64,000 nt of DNA, taken from positions 6,014,001-6,078,000 of the forward strand of contig CM022679.1 of the NCBI GenBank assembly GCA_012295275.1, in the 5' to 3' direction. The stretch comes from Chrysomallon squamiferum (taxonomy: Eukaryota; Animalia; Mollusca). Position 1 is the stretch's first letter. Each line of letters starts with the position of its first letter. Shown piece after piece: positions 59,389-64,000 of this stretch. The position numbers and the translations under genes are program-made. The notes under the pieces are model-generated. The model was not told the DNA's origin, made no database searches, and saw only the letters and a list, made by a program, of their open reading frames with translations.

Positions 59389-62279
59389 ATGAATAATAAT
59401 TAAAAAAAGAGGAATTCAAATGGCTCAATCATTTGGTAAACAAGAGTACTAGTTCTACAGACTCATTCTAGCTGCAAAGTAACAAAATAGAATGCAAATA
59501 TCATGTAAATTCATAGCAGCGTATCTCTTTCCTTCTTTTCAATGTACTAATAAGATAGTATTTTAATTACAGAAATGTTAAAAAAAAATAACCCAGACAG
59601 TACCAGTAAACTGAAATAAAACAAAAACATACTCATTATCATTCTTTAAAAAAAATTTAAAAAATTATTAGCAATGGCTGAGTGCAAAAAAACAATTTAA
59701 AAAAAAAAAAAAAGATTTGTCTTGTGTGGAGAAAATATACTTGTATAAAATACTGGGATTATCAAATCACTGAATCAATCAAAATTATGTTTGATTAGAT
59801 AAAATTACCAAATTTTGATCTATTTATAGGTTAATATATTTTAAAATATTCAATTTTGAATTTGTCTTTTTTAGATACTTTTTAAAAAATAAAAAATAAA
59901 AATAATAATATATAATTATAATAATGTTTTTATAGATCATTTCTCTTATGTAACAATTTATATCAAATGGGAAAATATATTTATTAGAATACTTTTCATA
60001 AGATTGTTTACAAATTATTATTTAACTCAGGTACTGGTATTTATATAAATCCAAAACAAGCAACAGTTCTGGGTTTCTACAATATTTTTAATGTTGTCTT
60101 TTTTTTTTTTTATAATTTGTTTGTAGTTTTTGTAATTGGAAGATATTGTCTCAAATGTAATGTTATATTTTTAGGGGCAAATAATTTCTCCCTTGTAGAT
60201 AAATAACCTGCCATTTTCCTGGAATCTGTGTTCAGCCTAATTTGTCAAGAATTTGTTAAATATGAATGAATTTAGGTTTCTAAAACCACAATAAACCTCC
60301 TAGTCTTTAATTAAGAAAGTCACATTAAAATGACAACTGAATAAAAAGTGCAAGATGACCATTTCCTTTTATCCTCAAATAATAATAAATGTTAGCGAAT
60401 AATGTCCTAATAATTTTAAGTTATAACTATTTACTTATATATTTATTTATCTGTTATCATTGTTGAATTTTTTTAAATATCTTTTTCAAATTGTTACCAT
60501 CATACCAAAATATGTTTACTTTGTCATATAACATACATTTTGAATCTTATAATCATGTGCAATTTCAAATTATTTAAAACAAATTATTTTTTTTATTTTT
60601 TTTACTTTTATATTACTAGTGCATGAATGGATTATAAATCCTGATACTATTGTTTATTGAAAACATACAGAATTTTTTTTTTACTACATTCCAACATTTT
60701 TTTTAAAACAAAATTTAAAATTAAACTAAAATGTATTTATTTGTAATTTGTTTCTGTAATAATAAGTTTAAATATTTCAGTGCCTTCATTTTAAAGCTGA
60801 AATAAAAATATATATTTGTACAATGTTGTTGTTTTTACATAACTGTAATGCTGCTATATATAAAGATTATTTCAAATTTGTTACTGAATATACTATGTTG
60901 GTATGTTTGTATATGTAACATTTATCTGATTTTCACTACTATTGTTAAAAGAGAAGTTAAAATTATGTAAAACGATTGTATATAATAATTGTATATGAAA
61001 ACAGTAGTAATATCTGTTACATACAAATTAATGCAAAAACCCATAACATTTCCAAAATAATGTTTGAGGTGTGTAAGGGAATTTTAAAATTTCAGTTTTT
61101 GTTATTTCTTCAGTTACATTAATTTTATTTATGCAGGATTTTGTGTGTGACCAGGATTTTGTGTATATCCACAACACAATTGTCCCTATTTTTAATATTA
61201 TCAAACTTTAAATAAATAATTTAATAAATAAATAAACAGCAATGAGATAGAATTAACATTTTATATTTGATTTAAAACTACATTTTGGAGACATGTTATT
61301 TGCCCCATGATAATGACACCCACCCACATTTTTCTGTGTCTGAGAGGGTATCTGCTGCTTTAATCACAAACACACGCAATGAAATAAATACAATTGATTA
61401 GTTACGTATTATTATTATTTGGAGCATCTACAGTTAGATTTATTTTATTTATTTGATTTAATTGTATTTATTTACTTGATTTAATATTTATTCTGCTTTA
61501 TTTTATTTTATTTTTTAAAAATTTTTAATATATGTCTTATTTCTGCAATTTTAATTTAATAATTATAACAAGTTTATTTATTTATTTATTTATTTTTAAT
61601 CATTCATTCTTCAGGATTTCATAGCTTGTATTAACCAATAATAAAATAATAATAATAACAAAAATAACAACAATAATGTCATTATGTAAATATAAATACA
61701 ATAAAAATAAACAAATTTTATTAAAATATTTATTTATTATTATGAAAGTTACAGGTACTCCTGCCCATTTCGTTGCATCAACTCCTAAAGTAAAATTCAA
61801 AAACAATTATTATTATTATTTTAAAGTTTTTCTTGCACATTCTATACACGGTTTTTTATATCACATTTTATTTATTTTATTTAATACTACAACAGCGAAA
61901 AGCAACCTACTTTTCCAAAGATTTTTCTTCTTTTTATTTTATTTTATTTTATTTTTTTTAAATCTTTTTTTCGTGGAAGCATATATTAACATCGGAAAAA
62001 ATGAAGTCTGACGGGTGAAAGCGGCTTTATAGAGTTTTATATGATTTCTTTATATGACTTTCTTTTTTTTTTTTTTTTATTGAACGAAACTTCAGACTTC
62101 TGAATATTAAAAGATAGAAGAAAGACAACTCTAGTTGGATCATGCCTCTCTATACTGGTTCAGAAGATGATAATCGTGTGAATAGAGGAATTGCTATATG
62201 CACCAGTTATTCATGGCACGTATTGGTTTGTTGATGACTTAAGTTTTCTCAGGTACTGATAATTATTTGGCTGACAATT

Positions 62280-62677
62280 ATGAAGTGTCGCATACGCCAC
62301 GTAATTACAGTTTTAACATTACTGGGACTCTTATGGCTGGTGCATATTAGCGTTGTATTTTTTCAACAAGCAGTCGAAATTATTATATACAATGAAGAGG
62401 AAACTGATGAAAATAAATCCATTGGTGCAGATTTGGAATTTTTGAAAGTACCACGATACAGGAAGACCAAAAGTGATGGACTCCAAAATATTCCAGTCTT
62501 TATTGTTGAAGAACATCACGAAGGTTAATTTAGATTTAATATATATGATAATTTATATTAAGTTTGGGCTATACTGTACATAAATCGATACCATTTTTAC
62601 TAATGATTTTTCCTTTGTAATGAATTTCTTTTCATTATGGAAGGTTTTTAACAATGGACATAAAAAAAAAAAAAAAA

Positions 62678-62718
<41 letters not shown>

Positions 62719-62891
62719 TAATAATAATAAAAATAAAAATAAAATAATAATAATAAAACAATTCTCTAACAGTAAATGTATTAAATGTTCTAATTTTCTT
62801 ATTCTTATTCTTATTCTTATTATTTTTAGTATTGAGATACTGGTTTGGTTCTGCAGCAGAGGGACTGATTCCAAAAGAGAGAAATACTTTG
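62280..62891 (+). CDS. UPF0489 (C5orf22-like) family protein with N-terminal signal anchor (3' partial)
   Basis: Exons 62280-62523 and 62830-62891 join in phase to give MKCRIRHVITVLTLLGLLWLVHISVVFFQ...[33 protein letters not shown]. This matches the recalled UPF0489 N-terminal motif ([25 protein letters not shown]). The gene continues beyond the window. Confidence 0.75.
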
Positions 62892-63839
62892 GTAAGTGTA
62901 ATGTTGGAATCTGTTGTTATTGTTATTTTTTATTATTATTATTTCATTATTTATTTAATTATTTTTATTTTGTTATTTTTATTTATTTATTTATTTATTA
63001 TTTTGTAGCTGTTAATATAATGTGTGATCTGATTAGGAATGATCCCTCAGATTCACTAGCTATTTTCTGTCAGCGAATTGTAAAAAGTCCTTACTACTGA
63101 TGAAAAATATACAAATAAAGTATGGCTGTTATTTTTCTGTTATCTGTGTTGTTTTTAATCCTATGTGTGGGAACATAAGACTGTTTAAAATATTTGTCAT
63201 AAACCAGCATTTTTATCTAGCACATACATGTGGAGAGACATGATACTGGGCCAAAAAAGGAGGACAAAGTTGTTAAAAATAAAAAGCTTAAAATGATTAA
63301 AAACTAGTTGAGATATTAGATAAAACTTGTTTTCAACTAATACTAAGCAAAAGTTGTCATTTTCTTGTTCACTTGACTGTAGTGAGGGTGTGAAATCAGG
63401 CAAAAACTGTTGGTTAAATAAGTTAAAAGATGACATTTTAATCCAGTAATACAATGAATAAATTGATTTAATGAGATGTATATTGATGTAATTGGTGTGT
63501 TGTGGTATCTCATTTCAATGTAATTGAGAGATTAAAAAAAAAATTCACATCTCATATGGTAGTATGGCAATAAAGTTGTGGACACTGTAACTTACAACAT
63601 ATGCCGAATTTAACTTTTTGAGGGGAAAGCAATAATAACAAATGGCCTTTTCTTTTCCCATGTCAGAGTTTGTTTCTGAAACAGAAAGAGATGCAAAGAA
63701 AAACTAGAAGTATGCTTTTCAAATAACGGTTTAGCAGTATAATATGTTGTAAGTTACAAGACACCAAAAAGTCATCATCCATAAAAATGAATAACATAAT
63801 CCAGAAATATAACAACAATATGTGAAACAGTCTTCAGTT

Positions 63840-64000
63840 TTATTTCAGTTTCACTTCTTTAAAAAAATACTGGCTGCGGGCATGATTGTTGGTGGCTTCA
63901 GTGCCTGAACATCTTTCAACGAAACCCAGGACACATTGTCAAGTTCAGGAAAGCTGTAATAATTGCCCCTCTTCTTCAAAAACTGAACTTTTACTTCATA
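63840..64000 (-). pseudogene. Degenerate DNA-transposon ORF 3' end (frameshifted), nested in an intron
   Basis: Minus strand reads YEVKVQFLKKRGNYYSFPELDNVSWVSLKDVQALKPPTI, then after a 1-nt frameshift RSQYFFKEVKLK*. It resembles the C-terminal FLKK..FP..D..SWV..D..L.PP...R..YFF segment recalled from invertebrate DDE transposases. Truncated by the window edge. Confidence 0.5.

Noticed and set aside
62635-63100. Asn/Leu/Phe-rich ORFs (similarly 1762-1983, 52303-52494, 59219-59428, 61600-62011)
   Set aside because: Low-complexity AAT and poly-T tracts in introns or intergenic DNA. Only 62830-62891 is a real exon, in another frame.

Overview
Very AT-rich, intron-rich animal genomic DNA. A mollusc, probably a gastropod, is inferred from gene content, microsatellites and a SINE remnant. 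Reading splice junctions by hand gives seven protein-coding genes: a 5'-partial TMC7-like channel (+, 1721-10215), COPS3 (+, 18849-25292), RPS19BP1/AROS (-, 27714-29665) head-to-head with ARL6IP1 (+, 30081-32947), two paralogous flavin amine oxidases head-to-head with only 169 bp between their ATGs (-, 43750-52000; +, 52170-58946), and a 3'-partial UPF0489/C5orf22-like gene with an unusual N-terminal membrane anchor (+, from 62280). Non-coding features include a ~2.7 kb higher-order minisatellite, a MITE carrying clustered AGGTCA motifs, SINE, hAT and transposase remnants, and many microsatellites. The strongest candidate for something new is the amine oxidase pair: one copy keeps the MAO-type FAD-linking Cys with a Phe/Phe cage, the other lacks it, and their tail anchors differ. 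The membrane-anchored UPF0489 protein is the next best. Gene identities come from recalled protein motifs, not database searches.
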